This document shows positions 16,294-27,357 of a DNA stretch of 64,000 bases, piece by piece (positions within the stretch are counted from its first letter, which is position 1; the number at the start of each line of letters is the position of its first letter). Under the pieces are notes generated by a model. The model was not told where the DNA came from. It made no database searches and worked only from the letters and a program-made list of their open reading frames with translations. A program made the position numbers and the translations under genes. The stretch comes from Rhizodiscina lignyota (taxonomy: Eukaryota), in assembly GCA_010015805.1 (NCBI GenBank), contig ML978131.1, positions 868,001 through 932,000 on the forward strand, given 5' to 3'.

Positions 16294-18420
16294 TCACTCT
16301 ATCCACACTTCTACCATGTCGGCAGCATCGAAATGCTGAAACTCTATTGTGGCGATTATTCCGACGCGGCGACCGAGCCACAGACCACGGGTCGTCACTC
16401 GTCCTAGTTTTTGTAATACCATCCCGTAGCAGGATTGACTCTCTGCATGAGCGTCTGAAAATATCGGAATACAGAGGAGCTCTCCCATTTCCAAATCCAT
16501 TGAGTCAGGGTGAAACACATAATGCCCAATGCCCGGGCAGTGCAGAGTAGCCCACAAGCAGAGTGGATCTGAAGGCAGAGTGCATTTGTCTTTGATGAAA
16601 ATGCTAGCAGGCATTGGCTTTTCAAAAATGTTGACAAACTTTGCCGGAATAGCTCGTGCCCAGAGCTGCATAATACCGCCAGAAAGTTCTCCCAAAGGGT
16701 CTAAGCCCTTCGGCACGCATTCAATCGCTTTCATGGTACTCAGGTATTTCTTTTGTGGGGAACTGCTTGATATCTCGATGTCGACAAAGGCTATTGCTCC
16801 CTCTGTGGATGCCCATAAGAAAGATAGTGTGCCGCTTTCGGGTCTTTTAGGGAAGATCTGGCCTTGTGGAGAATCTCGAATTATCGAAAACCAAAGGAGA
16901 TCGTTGGCGAGAGAGCTCGCCCACATTCCTCCATAGTACTTTCCCAAGCCTCTTATGCGATTCGTGATGCCAGAGAGTGCTGGTAAGGTGTCTCGGTGGT
17001 AGGTCAGAGCTTTCGCCTTGTAAGTTGTAATCATTCTCCTCCATTCTCGACCAGAAATGGATTCCTGAGCAAAGGCCTTTTTCAATGTGAAAGTGCTGGC
17101 GGCGCATGAATTTGGCAAATGTTTAATAGTAATGCCATCTTTATACGACATTTGTTTTGCACATTCAAAGATTAGGCCTCCTGGAAGGCAGTGGATAATG
17201 CGACTGGATAGCAACCGCTCCTGTCACATATTAGCACATAAATCTCTATAAGACACCATGCGACGTATTTTACCTGAAAGCACCACGCTCTTGGTGAAAG
17301 TCGACTTGTATCAACAGCGGATTCACACGGCGGAGAACCTCGGTGATAGAAACACACATCTTGGGACCTGTACGGAAGCGTGAATTGTGGGTTTTGGGGT
17401 GGAAAACTGGAAACATTGGATGCGTGCTGATGGAGCGCGATCGTGACTTTAGCATTTTCATAAATGCTCGCCATTCGTCCAGATTAGATCATCCATTCCC
17501 GGGTATCATCTTGCTGGATGCAAAGACTATCGATCCAAAGATATCTTATGCCGAGCGCCCTTGTGAGTTCTATTGCTTCCTGGAACGCAATAGGCAGCTC
17601 ACCCCACACTAGACGGCGTTGGTGATGGGATAATCGTTCCTTCGTCGTTTGTAAAGGCTTGCTATCATGCCAACGATGGCTTAGAGCAGCGTATGGCTGA
17701 GCTTCGCCTCCTTTTGTATCGTACAGACAGACTTCTCGGTGGCCCACATCCACTACTCTGTGGGGCAATGGAAATGGTTCTCGTCGCTGACAAATTTCAT
17801 GATGATTTGAGCAATCTTCAATCCATGCTTTTATCGCACCGGGGGGTTCGATTGAAAATGCCATCTCATCGAGGACAGGTTCCAGTCTGAAAAGCAATCC
17901 AGCCTGTTCAGCAGGTAGCGTCCTCCCGTTAAGTCTTATCGACGGTGAACAATGCCAATATCCGCATTTGCCTTGTGCTCGAGCAATTAGTGGTGCAGAC
18001 CACTCGCGTCGAGAGTTGCCAGACCAGCATATCACATCTTTCATCATCAGTGCATGATGGAGATCGCAGCCTTCGCAAAGCTCCGCATTCGCCTGAAGAG
18101 TGCCCAAATTTAATTTGCGCCAGTCTGTGGATGAAGAGTCCAAGAGGCAATCCCGGCAGACTGATGTCCGCGAGAGCAATGTTGATGCATCGTTGCCCTA
18201 GTATTATGTTTCATACTAATCAGCTCTAATCCGACCTTAAATATCAAGCATGGAGTCGAACAGCACAGGAAGAGTCACTTACACCGCGGTCGTACTCTGG
18301 TACGGGACTACTGGCCGATGTGCTTTCTGAAGGATTGGAATCGGGATGAGGCTGGGCGGTGAGGCGGCGTCCAGATCTATGCCGGCCTTCACCAAAGGTT
18401 ACACCACGAATAGTCGGCAT
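16294..18420 (-). pseudogene. HET-domain (heterokaryon incompatibility) gene with one in-frame premature stop; exons 18420-18283, 18197-17274, 17220-16294
   Basis: HET motifs: LPHRVVDV, YAALSHRW, LPIAFQEAI, RYLWIDSLCIQQDD, MASIYENA, RAWCFQ|ERLLS, LTYHRDTLPALSG, YYGGMW. Introns at 18198-18282 and 17221-17273. In-frame TAA at 17484-17486 (EWMI*SGRMASIY). Confidence 0.85.
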
Positions 18421-18965
18421 TCTCGTAGCTGTGCTCTGATTGAACGCAAGGAGATACAGCTAGAGTAATGACCAGGAACAAAGAAGTCAAGAAGTCGCGC
18501 GGTTGTATTGAGGCTGCGTTTCACTGCCACTTCATGTTGCAGCTACAGCGGCGGACTCAACCGGGGCAGAAGCTTCTCAATTGGTTGGCACTCTGGCTGA
18601 ACATTAGACCGTAACGCGTCGCATTACAGCATGAAACGAAGAGACCAAATGAATTCAGTCGACCGGGTCAAATTTTAACCTTCAAATGAAAATTGTGTAC
18701 ATATCCGAACGACACCGGAATAGGAACTGTATCTGACCTCACTGCTAAGATAATTAGACTAGCAAAAATAAAGGGCACAAGGGCATTGCAGGGGTTTCAT
18801 TTTGATGTGGGATACATCTTCTCTAGTGGCTTAGTTTTTACATTGGAACTTTTGACCCTTCCTTCGCTTCCGAGACCATATCCATATCACATGGCGAAGC
18901 CCAACCAGAACCGAACCGAACGCCACCCATGCATCGCTAAACGCTCAAAGATGACATCGTACTAC

Positions 18966-19571
18966 TCAAAGTAGCTCCTCGCACGTCCAGTCCTCATAAC
19001 TGCGTGTCACATTAGCCTCTCTCTAGACTAGTACTAGTTCTGAAAGCACTTACAAACCATCCGGCAAATATCTCCTCACCACCAAGGGGATCTTCTTCTC
19101 TCTCAACTCCTTAATCGCAATCTGCAGCGGATCTGTCTCGCCCTCCAGATCTACCAGCACCGGCGCATTCATGCTGATCTGCAGCGCGCGCGTCCCCAGC
19201 ACTCGTGCCCGCTCGTACTTGGTCATGTACGGCGTCGTCGTGCGCTTGTCGTTCGGTACCCGCTTCTCTTTCAGCTCCACCACGTTGTTCTTGATCTGCG
19301 CGGCCTGAGCAGCAGACTGGTCGCCTGAGACTACGACGCCAGGCGTCTGGGCACCTTCGGGGCGCTGGGCATCTGGGTCGGCAGTGCCACCTTCGTGGTC
19401 AGCATCCGCATCGTCGTTGTCGCCGTAGTATTCGGGGACGTCTTCTTCGACGTCGTCGAAGACTTCTTCGCCGCCGTCACTGGGATGCTGTTAGCCAGAT
19501 GCGAAGGTGAAGCAGAGAAAGGATGCGCACTCAAAGTCCATGCGTTCATCATCTCCACCGGCGTCAGACAT
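18966..19571 (-). CDS. RPB6: DNA-directed RNA polymerases I/II/III subunit RPABC2 (Rpb6); 3 exons
   Basis: [63 protein letters not shown]. Last exon [10 protein letters not shown] (stop 18966-18968). Acidic N-terminus from ATG 19571, with an intron at 19480-19530 and a second at about 19000-19053. Confidence 0.97.
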
Positions 19572-20115
19572 ATTTGCGGCTTCCTGTAGTGATAGCAAAG
19601 TCGCGCGGCTAGTGTTTTAGAATGTGAAGGGTTAGGTGGGCGTTGCGACGAGATATAAAAATTCTCGAAGCCGCTTTGAAGGTTGAACAACTTTGGTGGT
19701 CCCGAACTTCTGGAACGCTAGGCCGAATCTAGTTTAGCAGCTTTTGTATTAAACCTCACGTCCATGCTTTCGAAGTCAGAGGCTCTACTCCATATCCAGC
19801 CACGAATAGTACCTATTCTTTATTACTTTCATAATCTCATCAGGTTGATCAGGCCCCTAAGATCATAACGTATCAATATAATGACCATTCGGGTAACTAA
19901 ACGAATTATCTGCAGTGTCGCGAGGCTGCATGCGCCAAGGATGGGTTGTGCCGTAAGTATTTGGGCAATGAAGTCTTGTTCCGCGACATGTCAATTTCAG
20001 TTTGGTTCCTTCTTCTGTCTGTTTTCGGCTCTTGAAAGGGTTTGTTTTGCTTCATCTCATAAACGTGTGCCAGTATGTCTGGACTGGAAATTGCACCACT
20101 TGTGCTTGAGGTCTC

Positions 20116-20943
20116 ATGCCTGAGCATGAAAGTCAGAAAAGCCTGTATAAAAAGTACCGCGCACTAAGTCCAGCTCCATCTTCGTCTACGGTAAATCGCA
20201 ACGTACATCGTTATTCAGGTTATCCTGCAATACGGCCATCTCAAACCCATCCATCGCGCTCAAAAGAATGTATTAATGCCGGGCACTACAGCAGGCGAGC
20301 AAAGGATCCTTCTACCAAATTGTCCAAGAAGGCTGATATGCACGGTTTGGATTCAGATATTCCAGATCAAGCCGCAAACCCAAGCCGTGTTCACTTCCAG
20401 AAGAGCTCTAACCATTCGTCAACGGATTTCGAGGTTCATTCTGATGACAGTCACCCGCTTTCAGATGAGCACGGTCAGGATGATCAAATTGGAGAATTCG
20501 ATTCTGAGTTATTATCTGACGAATCCGACTGGGCATCTCGCTTTCGAAGTCATGGGAAGCCATTCGGCAAAAATGATATAGGCAACAGCGTGAATCGCAC
20601 AAGTCTACCAACTGACAGCTGCCCGCCTAAACTCAACGAAATCGGTTCCGAAAACGATCGTCCACCGACTCTTAGCCATGCCTTCCGTGCCAGCCCCATG
20701 AAACTAAGGCACAAGGATCCAGTCGCACCCATCGCATGCGAGTTCAAGAAGTGTCTGCTGAACTTTCCAGTGCGAAAGCTAAGCTTCTCGACCTGCGACG
20801 GAAGTATGACCGATTCACTGTCAGCAACGAGAAGTCCGATCTTCACCGTGCAGGAGACATTCGCCACTGTAATTCCGGAGCAACAGCAGAGGGCCAAGCA
20901 ACTCGAGACGAAGCTGAAGAAATTAGAGCACGACAAGAAATAA
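20116..20943 (+). CDS. Hypothetical protein, low complexity, short C-terminal coiled-coil
   Basis: 275-aa ATG-initiated ORF divergent from RPB6. No recognisable domain. Confidence 0.45.
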   Translation: MPEHESQKSLYKKYRALSPAPSSSTVNRNVHRYSGYPAIRPSQTHPSRSKECINAGHYSRRAKDPSTKLSKKADMHGLDSDIPDQAANPSRVHFQKSSNHSSTDFEVHSDDSHPLSDEHGQDDQIGEFDSELLSDESDWASRFRSHGKPFGKNDIGNSVNRTSLPTDSCPPKLNEIGSENDRPPTLSHAFRASPMKLRHKDPVAPIACEFKKCLLNFPVRKLSFSTCDGSMTDSLSATRSPIFTVQETFATVIPEQQQRAKQLETKLKKLEHDKK

Positions 20944-21070
20944 AGGCTTTATATCCAACCTTGTGCTTAGGCGTTCAAAATACACATTATATCCAGACAT
21001 TACGCGTCGACAGGCCCTCGCGGGCCAAGAACCAATTCTGTACAGTTTCTTAAAGTACAATCACTCAAAT

Positions 21071-21942
21071 TCACCCTATTTCCGAAATTCTGTTCTTCCT
21101 GGTTATTACACTTTGTGGGTCATCTCCTGGCGCCTCGAAAATGTCTCCGGGACTACTGCCTAAAAATTCATGCGGCGTGGATTCGCTGTGCAATTCGGAC
21201 GGTGGATATTCTGAAGGAGGATGCAGTTGATATGCGGACTTGGTATCACCATCGCTTGAGGCCACTGTCATCAGGTTCCGCCTTCGTTTTCGCAACGCAT
21301 ATAATGCAAATATCGCTGCTCCGAGGAGAACTACTCCGAGGCCGACGCCGAGACCGACTCCTAACTTCATGCCTACTAGACCGTTAGCTTCTTTCGTATC
21401 ACTCGGTTGGCTAGAAGGTACAGATAGGAGAGAGGAGTCATACCTAGTGAAGAGGAGGACGAGAGTGGTGGTGATGGTGATTGAGTCGGGGAAGGTGCAT
21501 GATCATCGGTTATATTAAAGTATCCAGAAGTGAAGTTATGCGCGTTACCCCTCAACCAGAGAAAGAAGGTTGAAGAGTAATCGAGGTCCGCAGTGCCATG
21601 GTCCACAACCCAGGGTAGTGTGCCGTTTTCAGTTTCCGCTGATGTTTTGTTGAATAAGGTCAAGACTTTTTGTGCTGCGAGTTGATAAGGTTGCTGTTGC
21701 CACAGTGTGATTGTGTAGTTGACATTGTCAAAGGTTGTACGCCAGTGTATCGTTTTCTTCGTTCCCTTTGTCCAAACGGGATCACGCTGAAATGTTGTCT
21801 GCCAAGTAGCGGCAGTCCCGTTTGTAGGTCCAGCAAGTCCCACGCCGGTGAAATTGTTTGAGGGATCTACTGGTGGAACTTGAGCATTAACTCGCGACAA
21901 GAAAAAGAGGAAGCAAAGCGAGTGCAGAAGAAGAATATTCAT
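21071..21942 (-). CDS. Single-pass membrane protein (signal peptide, extracellular domain, Ser/Pro stalk, TM, KRRR, cytoplasmic tail); 2 exons
   Basis: Signal peptide MNILLLHSLCFLFFLSRVNA. Intron from GTATGA at 21443 to TAG at 21373 or 21376, with branch GCTAAC. TM segment LGVGLGVGLGVVLLGAAIFALYAL-RKRRR. Tail with PSEL/HEF/FEAPG motifs as in fungal Mid2-like surface proteins. Confidence 0.8.
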
Positions 21943-22913
21943 CTTGAAAGAGGAGTTAGGGCCAGAATATCTTACTAGCGTCCATACTTGTTTATATGAT
22001 GCACACATAGTTCACGCTTGAAGCGGCTCAATTTGACGTCCGGTTACGACAGGGCCAATTCCTCATGAACGAACGGTCCAATCAACTGCTGGGAGGCCGG
22101 CCTAAGACCAGGTTGATGTGTAGTTCCGGAATCTTCATTCGCTCGCGAGAACCTAGTTCACTCGTGGCGACACCGAAATGGAACGGCCATCTGCTTGCGT
22201 CCGGTGAAGGACGAACTTCAGCCCACTGCGGTAACTTTACGGCCTTTGCCTCTATTTTAGGGTCTATTATGAGTTCCAAATTGGAAGCTCAGCATCGCGG
22301 CCGTGGCGCCTCTGCAGCTTTGTGGGTCTTGGTCAGCCAAAAACAGCGTGCGAAAGCGTTCTCTCCAATGGGGCACTGTCGCTCGTCTAACTTCGCCGCC
22401 AGATGCTGTGTACCGCCACTCAAACGCCGTGAGGCTCTGATTTAGAATATAATTTTGAACTCCGAAGTCCTGAGTTGATAGTATTAGACGAACTGATGAT
22501 ACAACTGTCGAAATCGGAGATTCACTATAGGAGTCATTACAAGGCTGCATTCCGGTCGCAAATGGTGCTCTGCGGATACGGGATCGGTGTTCCTTTGTGG
22601 GCTCTTGGAACTCCATTCATCTCCAAACACCAGTGACTTTCGTATGTTTGTTGTAGACTGGAATATGTCATTCGAGTAAGTTGTCGTGACTCGCCAGCAA
22701 ATGGTTCCCAGATTCTGCCCTGACCCTAACCCTGAGGGTCGATCTCACGCCAATGTTCGGTTGTTCTTCGGCATGAAGCTTCACTTCGAAGGTCAAAGCT
22801 CAAGCTTTCGAGATGAAGTCATCAATTGAGAAATCTAGAAGACGCTGAGGCTGTCTCAACGAGCCTCCCTTTCTTCTCATTCAAACTTGTAACCATATCT
22901 CTCATACATAAAT

Positions 22914-23733
22914 ATGTCTTTCTCAAGGCCTATGAGGCCAGTATCTGCTGGTTACCGCATCCTTCGGTGCGTGTCCACATTACCAAAGAATCCTCACATC
23001 GTAAGAACTTCTTCAAATTCAATTGCGTAAAGCATTCTAATCATACTCATAGTACGTTTTCTCAAATTCCTCAAATTCCAGCTACACATATTCCCTCCTC
23101 CCCACTTCTCCGCCATCACAATCGCTCGCCGTAGGCACGAGCGACTCGAATCCCCCAACGCCAGCGTCATTCCGCGAAAATCACTCGTTCAACAAGATTC
23201 TCCAGTCTGTGATCCGTCGCAATGCCATTCACGACCCATATGTCCAAGGGCAAGCCGCCGCATATGCTTCCGAAGCCGGCGCGAGTCTCGGCAGCGGCGG
23301 CGTCTTCTTCCCCAAGAATCATCCCTCGCAAACTTCCGCCAAACGGCGGCAATATGGTGGCGGTGGAGGCGCGGGTGGTGATGGAGCTGGTGGAGCCAGC
23401 TCGCAAGGTGGCGCTGGCGGCGCAGGAAGAGGGGGATGGATCCATGTTAGTGACATGAGGAATCCGCCCGACTTTGGGCGGATCGCGTGGCCTGAGGACA
23501 TCTTTGGGAGCTTGGAGGTTGATGGGCAAGGAAAGTTTGTAGGAGAAAATGGAGAGTATCAGGAGACTGGGACGTATAGAGTTTGCACGAACGAGGGCAT
23601 GTGAGTATCAAACGAAGTCCTTGATTTGTGCAGGAGCAATTGACTTGTTGATTCGTGCAGCCTGGGACTCTCACCTTACCTTCGGGAGAAACTGGTCGAG
23701 GAGCTGAAGAACCTGGAAGCTGGAGTAAGATGA
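22914..23733 (+). CDS. Conserved fungal hypothetical protein, probable mitochondrial presequence; exons 22914-23000, 23053-23600, 23661-23733
   Basis: Arg/Ser-rich N-terminus (MSFSRPMRPVSAGYRILRCVST), a Gly-rich linker and the motif GWIHVSDMRNPPDFGRIAWPEDIFGSLEVD...YRVCTNEGILGLSPYL. Two canonical introns give a continuous frame. Confidence 0.8.
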
Positions 23734-24908
23734 ATAGTATGTTCAAACAATTTCTCCTTTGGGAAGCAGCTACGAGCTCGTAGCTCGTTCGCAGAGGCCT
23801 GGCATACCTGCGGCGATCTGATATGGTATGATCATTCATTAATCGTGTTGGCATGGTATGGACATTAACCTAGCCTATTAGCAAATTGACGCTCAGAGAT
23901 GTGTCCTCTCCGGCCCCTTCATTGCATTCTGGCAGGCGATAGCTTTCACCGATTTTGCCGATGTCGCGTGCAGCGTATGTCGCGATGCCGCAAATAGCTG
24001 ACTGCTGCGCTTCTAAATTTGCTTGGTGTATTTGAGCGCAAGCGGTCACGGAACTCAGGGAGTGCAGCCACCGAAACTTGGAGGTCGGTGCCGTGCATGG
24101 CGAGGAGCCTTTAGTTAAGACTGAACTCCTGCCAAGCCTGCCGTTCCGAAGGCGAGGAAGTGTCTTCGCCGGATTGCTGCCCATAGTTCGAGCACTTTCT
24201 ATCTTCCATGGAGACGCCTCATATGAATGTTGTCACGTACTTAAGGATGGTATTTTCTGTCGGTACGGGACCATTCCGCGAGTTCAGCACCGAAGCTTTT
24301 CCCGCATAGTATCAGCAGCGGTACTTCGCGCTTCCTTTCACAACTGCATGGCCACTTTCCTCGCTTCATTATGAAGCAATCTCTTGCAACTTCCTCATGG
24401 TATGTTTCCCCGCATACTTGCTAGTTTATAGTACCGGCTCTGGACCACGCGGACTACAAAAAGGGGAAGGTGTCCCCGATACGACTACCACACCAACAAT
24501 GTAAATCTGGCCACTCAGCCACTCAAACGCATAACAATTTAGAAGCACAGATTAGTATCGACAGCTTGACATGATTTCAATACCTCACCGCTGACGTAGA
24601 CACTGGTTAATTGTCGATTCAAGTGGCCGGAAGATATCTGTCGCCGTCACCTGTGGCTTCCAAAACTTTCCTGTCACGATGTAAAGCGCGACTATGCGAC
24701 TTGCAGGCGCAGGTAAACAACCAGACCGCTTCCTTCTACATTGAGTGACTTGCTCTGGCCTGGCCTGGGACATTCCTATAAAGGCATTCTCCCTCGTCCG
24801 AAGCTTTCTTCTCTCATCCATTACACATTTTGTTGCATTTGGCTCAACCAAGCATTCAACTACTCAAGCTTGTTTCGATATCTACCACTCTTCAATACCA
24901 AAGCAAAC

Positions 24909-25574
24909 ATGAAGGCTTTCCTATCTCTTCTCCCACTCTTCCTCGCCTGTACTGTCGCAGACAGCGTCTGTGACTACTCCACAGCCACTGACATCACCAA
25001 TGTCGCGGGCAATCTGATCAAATTTTCGACTGATATCACCGATAAGGTCCGAGAGGCCAACCTCGAGGCACAGGCCCGGGGCGATGACTTCCTCTGCCCA
25101 TCAGGCCAGGTCTGCATGAACAATGACGGCATCCTTTCCTGTGTCGACCCCGTCACTGGCGACTGGACCTCGCCAGGTGGCTCCAAGGGCAATGGGTTCA
25201 ACAACGTCATGACTCTCTCGGACGGCGTCGTAACGACAATCACTGAAGGGCTGTACGCCTCCGCCGTTGAGATGGGCACCTCACTGCGCGACATCGCTTC
25301 GTCAGTGACAGACGCTCTGAGCGGCGAATCGACGACCGTACTGGCCCTTTCGACACTGACGGGCGACGACCTCGCGACCCCGACTGCATTGTTCCTGACA
25401 AGCGGCGGAAGGACGACTACGGTAGAAACATCTTCAACGACGACGACAACCACCGCATCGCACACTCGATCGCACACTCAAACTCATCAGCCGGAGGAGA
25501 CTGGCGATGGCGACATGCTGAAGGTTGGCTGGGTGATGGGTGCGGCTGCTATGGCTCTGCACGGTCTTGTTTGA
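24909..25574 (+). CDS. Secreted, probably GPI-anchored Cys-containing, Thr-rich surface protein
   Basis: Signal peptide MKAFLSLLPLFLACTVA, the motif CPSGQVC...C, a Thr-rich stalk and a hydrophobic C-terminal tail (GWVMGAAAMALHGLV). Confidence 0.75.
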   Translation: MKAFLSLLPLFLACTVADSVCDYSTATDITNVAGNLIKFSTDITDKVREANLEAQARGDDFLCPSGQVCMNNDGILSCVDPVTGDWTSPGGSKGNGFNNVMTLSDGVVTTITEGLYASAVEMGTSLRDIASSVTDALSGESTTVLALSTLTGDDLATPTALFLTSGGRTTTVETSSTTTTTTASHTRSHTQTHQPEETGDGDMLKVGWVMGAAAMALHGLV

Positions 25575-27357
25575 GGAGTGCAGGTTACACCTTGGAAGGG
25601 ACGATTGCTCATGATAATTGTTATGGCGTTATGGCGTTACATCTTTAGGGGGAGCAGCACTGCGGTTACCGGCGTGATTACTGAGCATGCTTAAGTTTGT
25701 TTCAAGTGGGATCATGTGCTTTCTTCAACAGCAGTTAGTCAATGCAACTCGATACACTTTCTGAGTGTGAACAGCATGCCTTCAGTTCTTAGCGTCCAAT
25801 TGGTGCACTTGCGACACTTAAGTCGACATGGGAAGCTTGAAACTGTTACACTTGACTTTCAAGCACGAGTTGCCCTTTCCGAAACAGTGTGCCGTGGGAT
25901 CTAAACTCCATTCGAGCGTAAGCTCCGTCATTGCATTTGGTATTGCGCAAGAATTATCGCTACCAAACTTAATGGACTACAAGATCAACGACCAAAAACT
26001 TGGAATGAAAGAGCATTGAAGGCCAAAAAATAATAATACGAGGGCAACTCGCACGCAAAATGGTATCAAACGCAGCGATCCTCTCATATCCGATCCCGAG
26101 GTCGAAGCTAAACCGCAAATCGCACAAATCCCTTTGTAACCATGCAACAAATCCCAAACGACTTTTCACCCTCCTGCAAGGCGCGGATAATGCTCAGTCA
26201 TCGAGGCATTTTCTGCACCAGCATTAAACATTGCTGCCCAAATTCATCCCTGAGCAACAGAAACCGCCCCAAGGAAATGCATTTCGAAGAATATCTGGAG
26301 AAAACACAAATAAATGAGAATAAGCGACGAGTAGCAGTGACGCAAGCGAGAGGATTAATGCCACGGCCCACATGTAAGCGCGAGATCTGGTCCCTGGAGA
26401 AAGCCATTTTATCCAAGCCGCCCGTCCTGTGCGTTGACCGTTGTGCCGTCAAGCTCAGATTCCGGGTACAAAATAAAGTTCTTACGCGGCAAGTAACCGA
26501 CATTTCGAGAGCCATAGAGCCGGCGTTAGTTAACATATGAGACATCGCCAGATCGGCGTGCGGACTTCAAAACATAGCAACTAAGGTACAGGTGGTGACG
26601 GTACGGTAGGGGGTATAAGGGATCTCGACGAACAGATCGCGAAGGCACAGAGACAGCAACGTAACGACAGCGACAGCCAAAGAGAGAAAAAGCTTAATAG
26701 ATGAAAGTGTCAACGTCTGGGGTAGGATCCTGGCCATCTGGATCGACATACTCAGGGTATGTATTAGGTTATCCATGTCCGAGGGTGAGATGCAGCAGTT
26801 TCGACAGCATGTTCCCGGTACCTCGACCGAACTTCAAAGCCGTGGATGAAAAAGCGCCGAAGGCGTAGAAGGATGAAGTTTAAGCAAGCCACCTCCGGAC
26901 CGTGTAATGAGGATTTCGCCACGCGGAGAAGAATGCAGCAGTCGTTGCAGAAGGAAGCTGCCAGCCTGGATGATGTTGTCATCCTGAATCGAGACAGCTG
27001 TGGTCCTTGCCGGCCAGAGTTATTTCCGTGACTCGTGAACCCGGCAGTTGCGCTTGGCGCATGCTTGCGTGCATCATGCCTCGCTTCCAATCCTCCGCCA
27101 AGCCACGCCGCGGATCGACTGATCCGCCCCAGATTGCAGCCGATGGTGTCGGGTGCTGCCGAGTCAGTTGCTTGTCCTTTTGGGCGCTCGACATCGCCGT
27201 AGGTAAACCTTAAAGTCTGCTCTCCTAGCCTCTTGCAGTGCGCAATTGCGCATGTGAACAATGCCGTCATTGCTCATGAATCATCCCAGCTCTCTTCGGT
27301 CCCATTAGGCATTCCATAGCTCGATTTGAGCGGAAGAGAGAAAGCGCAGCCCTAGCG

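Noticed and set aside
26142..27340. Plus-strand ORF fragments that might be a gene relic
   Set aside because: Multiple stops, no family motif and no clear splice structure.
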